DNA of 64,000 nucleotides. Source: Lepidodermella squamata. Its lineage: Eukaryota > Animalia > Gastrotricha. Positions 24,547 through 35,984 of this stretch are shown piece by piece. Made by a program: the position numbers and the translations under genes. Every line of letters starts with the position of its first letter. Position 1 is the stretch's first letter. The notes beneath the pieces were generated by a model, which worked only from the letters and a program-made list of their open reading frames with translations, searched no databases and was not told the DNA's origin. The DNA lies in assembly GCA_047495785.1 (NCBI GenBank), contig JBLDXI010000029.1, positions 2,046,001 through 2,110,000 on the forward strand. Reading direction: 5' to 3'.

Positions 24547-25696
24547 GATCAGATTAACCAGAGAGGAAGCTGAGTTTTGGCTGTGCTTAATAGAAATGAA
24601 AGTTTGAGACTTGGGATGTGTTCTATCCATAGACAATAATACATGATAATTTGGATCGCACCATCGTCTTCAGCATGGTCGAATTACCTAAGGTGCAAAA
24701 TTTTACATCGCTTGGTGGAGCAGTCGACGTAGGGTCATAGGAAGCGTGGAAAAACAAATTAACGCTTAATTTGTATTCACCTGAGATTTCTTCAATTTTG
24801 AGCTAGGTTACCATCACAAATCAATGTTAACAAGCAATCAAATTGTAGCTCAAAAACGTTTAACCACCCCCAGCCAAAATTTCAATTATTTTAGCAAGGC
24901 GTCCTACGAGCCATTTCCATAGGCTACTTTGCCTAATTAATCCAGAGACACTACTGTGTCCTAACAGATAAAAAGTTTGGGAACCGCTGCAATAAAGAAC
25001 GAAAGCACAATAAGGTTCAGGATGAACATAGAAACTGTCAAAATAATATGTAGGTATGTTATCAAATGGTGAATAAAATTCATAATTTTTAACGGCGTCA
25101 AATGTCAGGCTTCGATGACGCGATGGAAGAATGTTAACAAAAATTTCTTCTCATTTTATTTTAACAGTTTCATACAAGTCCTAAGATACAAGGTATTATT
25201 ATGGATATTTATTAATCTTGCAAATTTTTGTATTAATCCAGAGATGCAGCTAACCAGCTTCTGGCAACATTATATTTATCGATTTGGCATGCGAGTTGTT
25301 GCCTTGGGACTTGAGTGAATAAAATTCAATGAAAATGAGTCCTATAATGTCATTCATCTACGAGCGATCAGCATTTGTTTTATAGAGTTGATTTTGTTCG
25401 CAACCATGAAACTGAACAAATACGCAACATTAACCCCGAGCCCTATTGTCTGCATTTAATATAGTGCGCTAAAAACGAGCTTCTAATTATTGCGATCTAT
25501 CAGAAAAATTGGCCCCCGCGACGTTCCTTTTCACTCCAATGTTGGCACTCAAATCAATGGCTGCTACTAATTTTTTACTGTGAATGAATTATTAATTGGG
25601 ATCATTTTTGCATTGACTGTTTCGCATTCATAGATGATGTCTACTCTCACAAGCGTGTGAAAAACGTGACTTGCTCGGAAATTGCACATATAGTCA

Positions 25697-26972
25697 ATGA
25701 TATCAAAATTTCGCCTCATAATCGCCGCAATTATTCCTGCTGTTGTTCTCGCTAACAATGGCATGCAACTTTTCGAAAATTTGGTCGAACAATGCAGACT
25801 TGCCGATAAAATCCCGCTCATATTCAGTACGGAATCGCCTCAAATCACACTTCGAGTCGTAATGTGGGCGACTCGATTTTTGGAGTTATCAGAAATCGAT
25901 GAGAGGCTATCCTTCATCACAACTTTAACTCTCCACTGGAACGACTCGTGTGTGGCAGCAAACTGGGACCGTTCTCTTTTTAACCAAACCATTTTTGTCC
26001 CGGTTGGTGGTTTATGGAGGCCACCTATCATCCATACAACATCCGTAAATAATGTCGCAATGTCTTTGTCGTGAGTTATTTTTCACATTTTCGATACATT
26101 TTTATGACGGGCTTTCTCGGCATTAGAGGAGCTGAGGATAGCAGCTACATGACTATTGCCCAAAACGGGACCATGAGATGGATAAATTACATTCAGTTAT
26201 CAGCGCAATGTATCATTTATTATCAGTTTTCAATTGAATGACCTATAATTTTTTTTCTAGGTCAACTCAATTTTCGAACATTTCCGTTTGACATTCAAGA
26301 CAGATGCATTGTGAGATTCGATTTCGTGTACGAGTCATCCATGTTGATTGCTATCGAAGCTAACGGATTCACATATCCTGACTTCATTTCGAACTCATCA
26401 GTTTGGCAATTCATTAGCGTCCGCTCTTCTGTTGAAACTCGGCGGCAATTTCTGACCGGCGGAGTTTACAGTCAGCCAACTTTTGCGTTCAAATTTCGTC
26501 GAAAGCCTGAGTCTTATTGGCTGAGCATGATTCTGCCCACTTTTTGCCTCATCTTTCTACAATTCGCCTTTATTGGTAAGAGATATTTAATCTATCAATT
26601 GGAACTTTTTGATATTTTGAACTCCAAGCTATGCCCCCCGAGGAAACTAATCGCAGCTTTTACTCAGCCACAGTCTTCTTAGCCTTTATATTCATGCTGA
26701 ACATTATTATGGCCAACATTCCGAAAACATCCCAGCGAGTTGTGTTTGTGAATTATGTAGCGATTCAAATGTTTCTCGGCGTAGGATGTACAATTTACTC
26801 AGTTGTTGCCAATTGCTGGGCTCGAAGTGAAACCGCCATGAGAAAACTCAAATTATTTTTTGGCAAGGCAATAACTGCAATTCGATTGGCTGATTTCATA
26901 TTTTTCGCCATTATTCTGATTATCATGCTGATTTCTACCGCTGTCACCTTTTCAATTCTCCTAGAAGAGTAA
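25697..26972 (+). CDS. Divergent Cys-loop ligand-gated ion channel subunit A, 4 exons (about 25697-26070, 26127-26209, 26261-26575, 26629-26972)
   Basis: Signal peptide, LWRPPI, Cys loop CQLNFRTFPFDIQDRC, FRRKP before M1, four TM helices, IPKTS in the M2-M3 loop. Confidence 0.85.
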
Positions 26973-27145
26973 TAAAAACTGAAACATCTCGTTATTTGCA
27001 TAGTGATTATTGCAAACGCCAATATGACGGCAAATCGATGCATCGCATGACACAACCTTTATTTCCTATTAAATGATTTCTGATCGTGAAATATAAAGGC
27101 TGCTCACTATTCGCAAAAATCGACAGTGCTACTATCATCTGCGAA

Positions 27146-28334
27146 ATGATAATTTTAATTTTTACCTTTTTTCTACATTATTTAACACTGCTGGGCGCAG
27201 TTGAAGTGTCGCTTTTCGATCATCTGAAGAATGAATGCAATTTGGATTCAAATGCGCCTCCAACAAATTACGAGACGCCCCTCAATTTGAGGTTTGTATT
27301 CTGGGCAACGCGATTCATTGAGCTGTCTGAACTCGATGAAACACTGTCCATGGTGACTTACATGGTCACACATTGGCGGCCACACTTGACGCTGATTTCA
27401 TCCATGAGAAGTGTAGTTATTAGCTTAGAGTAAGAACAATTTTGTTTTCATTCAAAATTTTAATCAATCAAATCCAATTATACCAGTGAGTCCGAACAAA
27501 ACAGCTACGTTGAAATACTGCGGAATAGCGCTATGAAATGGATCAACTATTTTCAACTCCAGTCACATTGTGAAATTTAGGTCTGACTGAAATGTCAAAA
27601 AGTTTCATCAAGTCATTTTCAGGTGAGATGCATTTCAAAAATTTTCCATTTGACGTTCACGACTGCTTGGTTGAATTTGAACTTATGGAATCCGACCAAG
27701 AAGTTACAAATCCGATGGAACTCAATGCGTTTTCCTACACGAAATTCATGTCAGCTTCTTCGATTTGGTCGTTGGAAAATATTTCGACATCAATTCATGA
27801 GACAGTGTATCTCGACAGTCAAACGGTCTTCAGTTTACCTACCATTTCCTTTGGGTTTCGAAGAAAACCTGGCTCATTAGTTTACGGTCTTCTTCTTCCT
27901 ATTTTCTGCCTCATGGTCTTACAACTTGCCTTTGTCGGTAAATATAATTTGAGATGTTTAAAATTCCATCTTAAAATTTACTTTCCTTTACAGTGATGCC
28001 TCCAGAAGATACTAACAGATCAGTTTATTGTGCGACCATGTTCATGGCATTCATAGTACTTCTGAACTTGATTGAATCATCACTGCCGAAAACTTCAGAG
28101 CCCGTTCTAATTATAATTTTCATCTCAATAAAACTCGTAATCGGCGTTTTATGCACGCTTTATTCAATTTTAGGAAACTCTCTATCAAAACAAAAGTTTG
28201 CCGCCAGGAAAATCGTAGTCGCTTCAAGATTAAAAATTCGAGTTATTAGTGTCATCGATTTCTTTGTTGGAACTACTTTGATGCTTCTCTCAACAATACC
28301 TACCATTATTATATTCGATTTGATGATGAAATGA
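27146..28334 (+). CDS. Divergent Cys-loop channel subunit B with a 26-aa ectodomain deletion (possibly non-functional)
   Basis: Cys loop CEMHFKNFPFDVHDC, FRRKP and LPKTS, with the same intron positions as subunit A. Exon 1 jumps from HW directly to RPH. Confidence 0.75.
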
Positions 28335-28548
28335 ATAAAACTGTAAAACGACACATGTTATTTGTTATCTAAATCACCTAGCATCCAAACTGGGGTCTAG
28401 ATTCTAATGCCCTCGGGCATTCATTAGACCGACAATCAGTCATTCATTAAAAGCTTTTCGATCGATTCAGACGAAGATAAAAGACCGTTTTGCGGTATGA
28501 TGCGATATGCGATATGAAATGCGATATGATAAACTTCCCGTATGTAAA

Positions 28549-28774
28549 ATGACGCGATACGTTCTGTTTTTCCTTATTCTAAGAGTAGGATCAACAGCCG
28601 CAACAGCTATCACAGAAGAGGAAGAACTTCTTGACCAACTACGAGATAAGTGCTGGGACCACAGGCGCACATTAGGCCAGTTCCAAATCACGCTACAACG
28701 CTGTGGATTCGCTTCTCCTTCTCGCCGACGAGATTTCTCGGTCTAAACGAGATTGAACAGCAATTGTCTATAAA
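28549..28774 (+). pseudogene. 5' fragment of a third Cys-loop channel paralog
   Basis: Signal peptide plus LLDQLRDKC, then after a frameshift IRFSFSPTRFLGLNEIEQQLSI, matching LRVVMWATRFLELSEIDERLSF of subunit A. Cut off by a Crypton end. Confidence 0.7.
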
Positions 28775-28888
28775 TTAAGGAATCCTTAACGGTGTTGAGG
28801 GCAGAAACGAGATTTCGGCCCGCTTAAAATGACGGAGGGCGTAGCGAAGCGAAGCCCGAAGGTATTTTCAAGGGCTGAAATCGAGTTT
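28775..28888 (+). mobile_element. Left terminal fragment of the Crypton family seen at 49113
   Basis: TTAAGGAAT..CGGTGTTGAGGGCAGAA..GAGGGCGTAGC..GAAGCCCGA..GGTATTTTCAAGGGCTGAA aligns with 49113-49238. Confidence 0.75.
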
Positions 28889-28894
28889 GAAATC

Positions 28895-29002
28895 AAGAAG
28901 CACGGCAAGGGTCGCAAGGGCCACAAGAGCGGCAGCTACTCGGCCTCCAACAACTTCTCGTACTCGGTTGCTGTCGAAACTGGGGCTGCTCCCGCTAAAT
29001 AA
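28895..29002 (+). pseudogene. 3' fragment of the Lys-rich secreted protein gene
   Basis: Encodes KKHGKGRKGHKSGSYSASNNFSYSVAVETGAAPAK*, nearly identical to the end of 37858-38445. Confidence 0.85.
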
Positions 29003-30876
29003 AAACATTTCCGAAAGGAAGGCGTTGATATTCGGCTTTCTTCAATGATAATTTATGCCGACGTCTGAAATTGAAATAAAGTTAACAGGTTTAACTCTTT
29101 TATTCAAATGTGCTTTTCACTGCTCACAATTTTGAGATCGTCATTTCGTTTATACCAATATGAATATGAATATGCAATTTGGGGTGTTAACACGGTTGCT
29201 CTCGTCTCCGATGACATTGCCAGCTGAGAAAAAAACTAAAAAATGCTACGCAAATATGATTAGGTATTCGGATTAATCAGCGTCATCATTACCATAGCTC
29301 GTACCAGGTACAATGTGACTATCTGGCTTAATATTTTTATCGCACCTCATGATGGACTTTGTATTGCGTAACACACAAGCAGGGCGTAGAAATAAGTAGT
29401 CTATTGCCTGATACGCTGAAATCCGCATGCACTACCGGCATCGCGACACTGCGACCTGATTAATCTGCCCACAAGAGCTATGGATTCATTCGCGGCAAAT
29501 CGTGATTCACTTTAGCCTGCATATAAAGGCTCAATCAGCTCCAATGAAAGTAGTGGGGCTCTTGTCATTATCTTACAAATCTTCGTCTCGCCTTTGGTTA
29601 ACATCTTCAATAAGTTTCATAGGCCACAATGAAGTTACTGACATTTATTTCTCTCGTTTTGGCAACGGCTCACGCTGATCTGAAGTCATCATGGGCAAGC
29701 GCAGGGGGCGACCAAGCCCACACTGGCTACAAGGCTGAGTCTGTAGTAGCATATAACGGCATTGAGCTTATACGCAAATTCGACGTGGTTCTCGATTCGA
29801 ATTTCGCGTCTAACGACCAAATCGTGGCCTACAACGGAACGATTTTCCAAATCGACGACCAGGGCAGGCTTTACATGTACGACGCAGAGAGTGGCAATCG
29901 GTTGAAGGTTGTAGCTGTAGCTGGTTCTTTTGACTCGGCGTTCAAATGCGGCCAGCCAACGATAGCAGAAATAGACAATTCAGCTGCTCTGTACGTTCGC
30001 TGCGAGTCTTTAACGCCTGAGATGAAAACTCGAGTTCAATTGATTTCTGTCAATCTGGGCAAGGATAACTTTGGAGATTTGCAGACGTTCGAGTTTGAGA
30101 CGCAAAGCTACTCGCCCTCCAATACCTTCGTCGGCGCTGTTAGCTCAGGCACAGGCTACTTTTACTCGGTTTCCTATGCAAAAAACGTAATTGGATTCTT
30201 CCCAATAGGCAAGGCCATAGGGAATGCTACGATAGAGGTAACAATTCCGACTATTGATGACTCCGAAATCTTCGCAGTTTCATTAAGTGCCGATTCACGA
30301 CTATTTGTATCCCATGCCTTTTCTATGACTCAAGTTAACGCTATAACTGGAAAAATTATTGGCACAGCATTTGTTGATAAAACCTCGATAAAAATCTGGT
30401 TCACCCCGATGTTAGCCAATAATCAAGCTGCTATTGTCCCACAAGTGACCTGCCCCACATCTGGATGTTGGGTCAATATCTTCTACTTTGATATCACTCT
30501 ATATTTTAGTAGCGCCAATTTGCGCCAGTGTGCGCCACCACTCAGCATGTGATACGCGCATACTCGAGCTTGTGCCAACATAACAGCGCGTTTCCTTACC
30601 GTGGGATATAACGCACACATTCACGGGTGGTTTAAAGTTAAGCTCCGTGCTATTTCAAACATTGAATAAACGATTTTGACGAAAGCCGCATACTTCGCCA
30701 CGCTATCGATTCCCGAAGAATGGACTGAAAAATGTGTAAAATAATACGGCTTTCCAGGGTGCCATCGATGAAACCCGCGAAGATGTGAGTGCCAGGAGTA
30801 TATTAACCCAGAAATTTTGACAATTCAGAGACTAATAAACAATTAAAACAGCATTTCCGCCTTAATTTCCGAAGCT

Positions 30877-31833
30877 ATGCTGCCGATTGTAACAGTAACA
30901 TTGGTTGTAGTCATTTGCGCGGGCACTGCAGCGGTACACGCCGAGCCGCCTCAGTTAGCTTCTGGCGTTGCGGCTTCAATTGGCCGTCAATTTTACCAGC
31001 AACTGGCTTCAAACAACGCAACCTCCATGGTTGAATTCGTCAATTCGTTGCCGTCGCTGTGCTCCTCAAGCGAGACCGCCGACGATTTGCCTGTTCGAAT
31101 GATGGCCGCCTACTACGACGCCAACAAGTTGGTGCAACCTGAATGCAACGCCGCTACGTTCGACAGCTGCATGGCGTCTATTGGCGGCGAAACACTCAAC
31201 CGATGGCTGGAATATCGCTACCAGGCGCAGTATGTATGCAATTATATTTCTCATCAAAATCAGTCGTTAATCGACCAACTCGACTCTTTACTTGTCAATT
31301 CGCGATATTACGAGCAAATTAAGGTGGCGATTCAAAATTTTTTTATTCGATGCGCTATTTCTCAAATTTTTTGGCTACCTCAGATGGAAAATGAGTTCAA
31401 TATTGCCCGTGGATTCGTTTATGTATTCCTTATTACAACCGGTCTTCTTTTTGCTTGTATCTGCTCACGAGTTTTGGTACTTTTAGCGTTGCAGGTGACA
31501 TTGGGTGAAATCCTTATTTCCGTTTCGTTCCTACTTACTGACGACATCGTCAATGATAACATTTCGCCGCATTTGATGTGTCTGATTTTTCGTTACATTA
31601 TAACGATTCGATTTCTCATCTACAATTGCCCCAAAAACTCTGAAATAGGAAAAATGCTGGTTCTTCTAAAATGCTGCGCAAAACAAATTGCTATTAACTC
31701 ACGCATGCGAAAAGCGCCCGTTTTCGACGAGGAAGCTCTTATACTGCCCTCATTGGAAAGCCAGGAAAAGATTCCACCGGCGCGCCGCAATACCCGCAGT
31801 TCGAACCCTTCCAATCGCAACTCTGCTGCGTAA
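30877..31833 (+). CDS. Element ORF1: signal peptide, Cys-containing ectodomain, C-terminal hydrophobic segments; function unknown
   Basis: 318 aa ORF with leader MLPIVTVTLVVVICAGTAAVHA, hydrophobic GFVYVFLITTGLLFACIC...SVSFLL and LMCLIFRYIITIRFLIY segments, and a basic tail. Confidence 0.65.
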   Translation: MLPIVTVTLVVVICAGTAAVHAEPPQLASGVAASIGRQFYQQLASNNATSMVEFVNSLPSLCSSSETADDLPVRMMAAYYDANKLVQPECNAATFDSCMASIGGETLNRWLEYRYQAQYVCNYISHQNQSLIDQLDSLLVNSRYYEQIKVAIQNFFIRCAISQIFWLPQMENEFNIARGFVYVFLITTGLLFACICSRVLVLLALQVTLGEILISVSFLLTDDIVNDNISPHLMCLIFRYIITIRFLIYNCPKNSEIGKMLVLLKCCAKQIAINSRMRKAPVFDEEALILPSLESQEKIPPARRNTRSSNPSNRNSAA

Positions 31834-32263
31834 ATCTTCTGCTATTTGCGTGCTAATTTAGAATTCTTCGCGAATATGTTTTTTAGCTGTTCTTCGGTTT
31901 TCCTTATCGCTTTTAATCGGCGCACTATAGGAACTCAATTTTTTATCTTTGCGTGAATAGTGTTAATTAAAGCTATGAAACTCGCCGCATCTTTTCTCTT
32001 TATATTACTCAAAAGTTTAATTGTTTTTTAATCTTTCGATTATTCCTGTTTTCTTGTCAACAAATTTTCATTATGCTGAATGCAAATTTTGCGCAGAAAG
32101 CCAATTTTTTTACATTATATACTTGTATGATAAGTTCGCAAATAAACTGATTTTGTTTCGATTTTTTCGAAGAGAAATATTTGGTAATGGAAGTAAAAAT
32201 CCCATAATAACCTATATTGATTATTTTTTGTCATTTAGATTTTTTACTCAATAATCTGAAGCT

Positions 32264-34694
32264 ATGGCATTTTTTGTTCCCACTGCCGCAATCGAACAGC
32301 GTATTCAAGCTGAGATGGTCAGGAGGATTCCCTCGAACTTGGTCGATTCAATGATCGCCGTGACCATGGTTCCGCCAACTATCGCGCCTCCGAACTTTGT
32401 CTCGTCTCCGTACCAACCGTTACCTCAGAGCCTTCCGTATCAGCCATCTTTTCCGTATCTTCTCTCGCCTCCAGGGTGTTCACAATCGCGCTCTGCTATT
32501 TGCGTCTCGCTGACCCCGCCTCAGTGGGCGCATAATCAAGCTGCCGTCTACAACTATCAGCTTCAGCACTTCAATTCCCCGTTTTCGCAAATCGCTCCAC
32601 TACCGTCGTTATCGAAGCCGGATTCAGTGAAAAAATCCAGTCGCAAGGAGAAGATCTGCCCTTTCTGTCACACCCAGCGTAACAGCAATCACTTCCGCCG
32701 CCATGTTCGCGCTTGCAAGGCCGCAACTGCGGGAAATGTATCCTTACAGGATAGGCAAAAAGCTGCGACGATGAGCATCACCCCCGAAGCCCGTGATCGC
32801 GAACTGTTTATCGACAAGGTTACGAAAAAAGTGGCGTGCTTCGTCACGGAGCGAATTTCAACGGAATCTTCAGTTGCCGGAACTTCAGCTGCTGGAACTG
32901 CTACTGCTGCCAGCCCGGCCGTCATTTTCGAGAAACCTTCGGCGGGTTATAAACTACAGCGATGCCCTGTTTATTTTAAGGGGCTTCTTAGCACGTTTCA
33001 AGCCGGCAAGCGATACAATTGGTTGCCGAAGAAGAAAGTTAGCACCAAGTTGGCGAGGAAAACCCGTTTAGGGACAGCGATGTTGCTGTCGGGCTGTACT
33101 ACGCTCGAGCAGGCAGGGTCCTACGAATATTGGGACACCTGCTTCCATTCAACAACCATTCTCGAGCGTGTCAAGCAGCCGAAGAAATCGGCGAAAAACA
33201 AGGCGAAATACAAAAGCCGGAGAAGGTTCAGCGCCGGATGCAGTATTCGCGCCTGAAAGTATTGCAAGAATTTGTTAATTGGCTGGTTGCGAATCAACAC
33301 GTCCCGGAGGACTCGAAGCTGACGAGCCTGTTGAAGGAGGTTACCACAGACGTGCTCATCGACACAAAGCGCGAAGCCGGGTTAAAGAAGACTGCTCGCG
33401 CCAAATTCGCCCATGACATGGAACTGCCCATGCAGTATTATCGTCACCTCGATGAAATTATCCAGAGTCGCCCCAAAAAGCTGAATATCTATGGTCTGAA
33501 AGTGGCGCGTATTGCCGTCGCTGCAAATAGTCACACTGGCTGTCGGTAAGCCACTTTTTGTTCTTTTTTCAATCAATAACCTGAAATATTAGGAATTTTC
33601 TGGGATTAATCTTTTTCATTTTTTTCGTATGCGGAGAAGTTTTGATTATCAGGCTTAGTTAGATGAGAAAAAGGTAAATTAGGCTGAATTTAGATGAATA
33701 ATCCGTGGCGTAACTATTATTATTTTGCTCGGGCAATATTATAGCCTTTCAAATTTAGGGATGAACGGCCAACAAATCGGGTTTAAAACCTCATAAATAC
33801 GCAAAATTAGGTCGCAGAACTCGAAATTCGGAGTTGGGTAAAATACATTTTGAGGTGGGTTGGATTTGCCGGGAATTATCCGCAGCGATACAAACTTATA
33901 TTTCCCAAAAATTAATAAGAAACCCATCCATATCTTACGAGCCAATTCTCTTGATGTAAACCGCCAGGAGGTTGTTATTTCATGAAAATATTCATCTTCA
34001 TTGAATTTGTTTTTTTTTCAGGGCTTCCGGGATGGTCCAGATGAAATTGAAGGAGTGGAGAGATCGGAGCATCGATGCGGATGGCGAGGGCTGGGTCGCC
34101 GTTCACGTGAAGAAAATGAAAAACGCCGCGAGCTGTTTCCCTTTCGTCACGTTCGACCCGGCTACGGCGGTTAAAATCGAGAAGTACATCGAGAACGACC
34201 GACCGAATCCTGCGACCTATCGCGATTCGAGATACGTTTTTTTAACGCAAAAGGGCGGAAGGCTGGACGACTCGACGCTGAGTTATTGGTCGAACCTCGG
34301 ATGGAGCTCATTCAAGGAAAAATTCCAAGCCTGCTTCAACCGCCGGCTCACTAAAACGTTCCAACTTACGACCCAGCGGCGCGCCATCAACACCACCACG
34401 CGTTCAGAGAAAAATCCAGACCAGCCGCCCCAGGCCAAGGTGAATCAGGCGTTGGTCCAATCTGAACCGACGGGCGAGCAGGTTTACACGCTGAGCGCTT
34501 CATTATCAGAGGCGATGGGTGTTGCCAAATGGGCCTACAGCAAGAACGCTAGCCGCCTGGACCCGGCGAACCCTGATGTCAAACCGTTCGCCTATCAACC
34601 GGTGAAAGCGGTGCCAGTAGCGGGCGGAATCGATAAAATGGAGTGTGATGAAAGTTCGAGTGAAGACAGCGATTCAGAAGCCGATGAAGAATGA
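32264..34694 (+). CDS. Element tyrosine recombinase with N-terminal Pro-rich region and C2HC finger; one frameshift near 33130-33250, intron 33546-34021
   Basis: CPFC-x11-H-x3-C finger. Splicing gives TGCR|ASGMVQM (box I Arg), then VHVKKMKN (Lys), YVFLTQKGGRL, LTTQRR, ALVQSEPTGEQVY (Tyr) and an acidic tail. Confidence 0.75.
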
Positions 34695-35658
34695 TAATTT
34701 TCGTTTGTATTTTATGCGCACTAAATTTTCAGCTTGGAAAAAATCCCGATCTTCGTTGTTAAACCTAGCTCTCGTTAGGCCTGTTTGTTAGGTTTTTTAT
34801 TTCCGAACTTTTAATGCTTGATAAAACTTCTTTTTATTGTCTTTTTTTATTGTCCCACTGGAGAAAAAGACTGCGACAAAAAGATGCTTCTTTTCGTGAA
34901 ATTGTTGCTTCGGAAATGTTGATTTGGACATGAGACGTCGGGGCTCGAATAAAACTGTAGCGACTGATTTTTGCGTTATTTTTAATGAGGTTCAAAGGTC
35001 ATGGTGGCAAAAAATAGCCTCATAAGCAGCGATCAGCAAAAATCCCATTCACAAAAAGCACGTGTTTTCGCGCGCTGTTTCTTAAAATCAAGCGATTAAA
35101 ATCAAATTATTCTATTTAAAAAAATAATAATAATTTGCCACAATTTTAAGCGTTTTTTTTGACGGCGCGTGATTTTTTGCGTTATTCCGGCACGTGAGGC
35201 TGAGATTTTTCTATGGGGATATAAGAGCCCCGGCGTCCTAGTACGTCTTGTGGTTGTGGATTCGTGTTGCCCGGTTCATGACAAAAATGGACACATTGTT
35301 GTAGCTAAATTGTTGGAAATCTAGGTATTGTGATCGCTCGCCGGCTTGATTTATTTAAAAAGCGTCGATTTTTTTCTGAGTGCTCGGAGTTGTTTGCCGC
35401 GTTTTATATAATTTTTTATCAAGTTTTTGATATTGAATGGCTCTTTTTGATTTTTTTTATCATCGCGTTTGTGTTATTTTCCGCGTTTGTTCCGCATCGT
35501 TTGCCTCTATCGCCAGTCTCACTGTAACCACGGTATGCCCTTTTCCCCGTTTATGCCTAGAAGTAGTCACGGTTGTATCTTATCATAGGTATCTTCAATA
35601 AATAACTTGAGATCGGCGTGACTTGCAGCTGATATTATCTAATTATGGTCATCCGTCT

Positions 35659-35712
35659 AAATAAAACGTTGAAATCGCGGTGATGAAATAAAACGTTGAA
35701 ATCGCGGTGATG
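35659..35712. repeat. 27-bp tandem duplication inside the YR element
   Basis: AAATAAAACGTTGAAATCGCGGTGATG x2, exact. Confidence 0.9.
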
Positions 35713-35984
35713 ATTACGAGTAATATTCGCGTTGATAGTGTTAAATGACAGCAGATCATATAGCTGATTGGGAGATACGAGACCTGGTTGGTGAATATGG
35801 CCGTAAATTGCGATGACACGCAACGTAAAACGTGTGAAATGCGCTCTAGTGAGCACAGTGAGCGCAACAGCTCGATACACTTCAGTGATTGGCGCAGATA
35901 AACGATGAATATAAAGGCAGTCGACAACACTTATTTTTCATTCGCTGTTTCAACTTTTATTTCAATCACTAAATTTTACCATCA

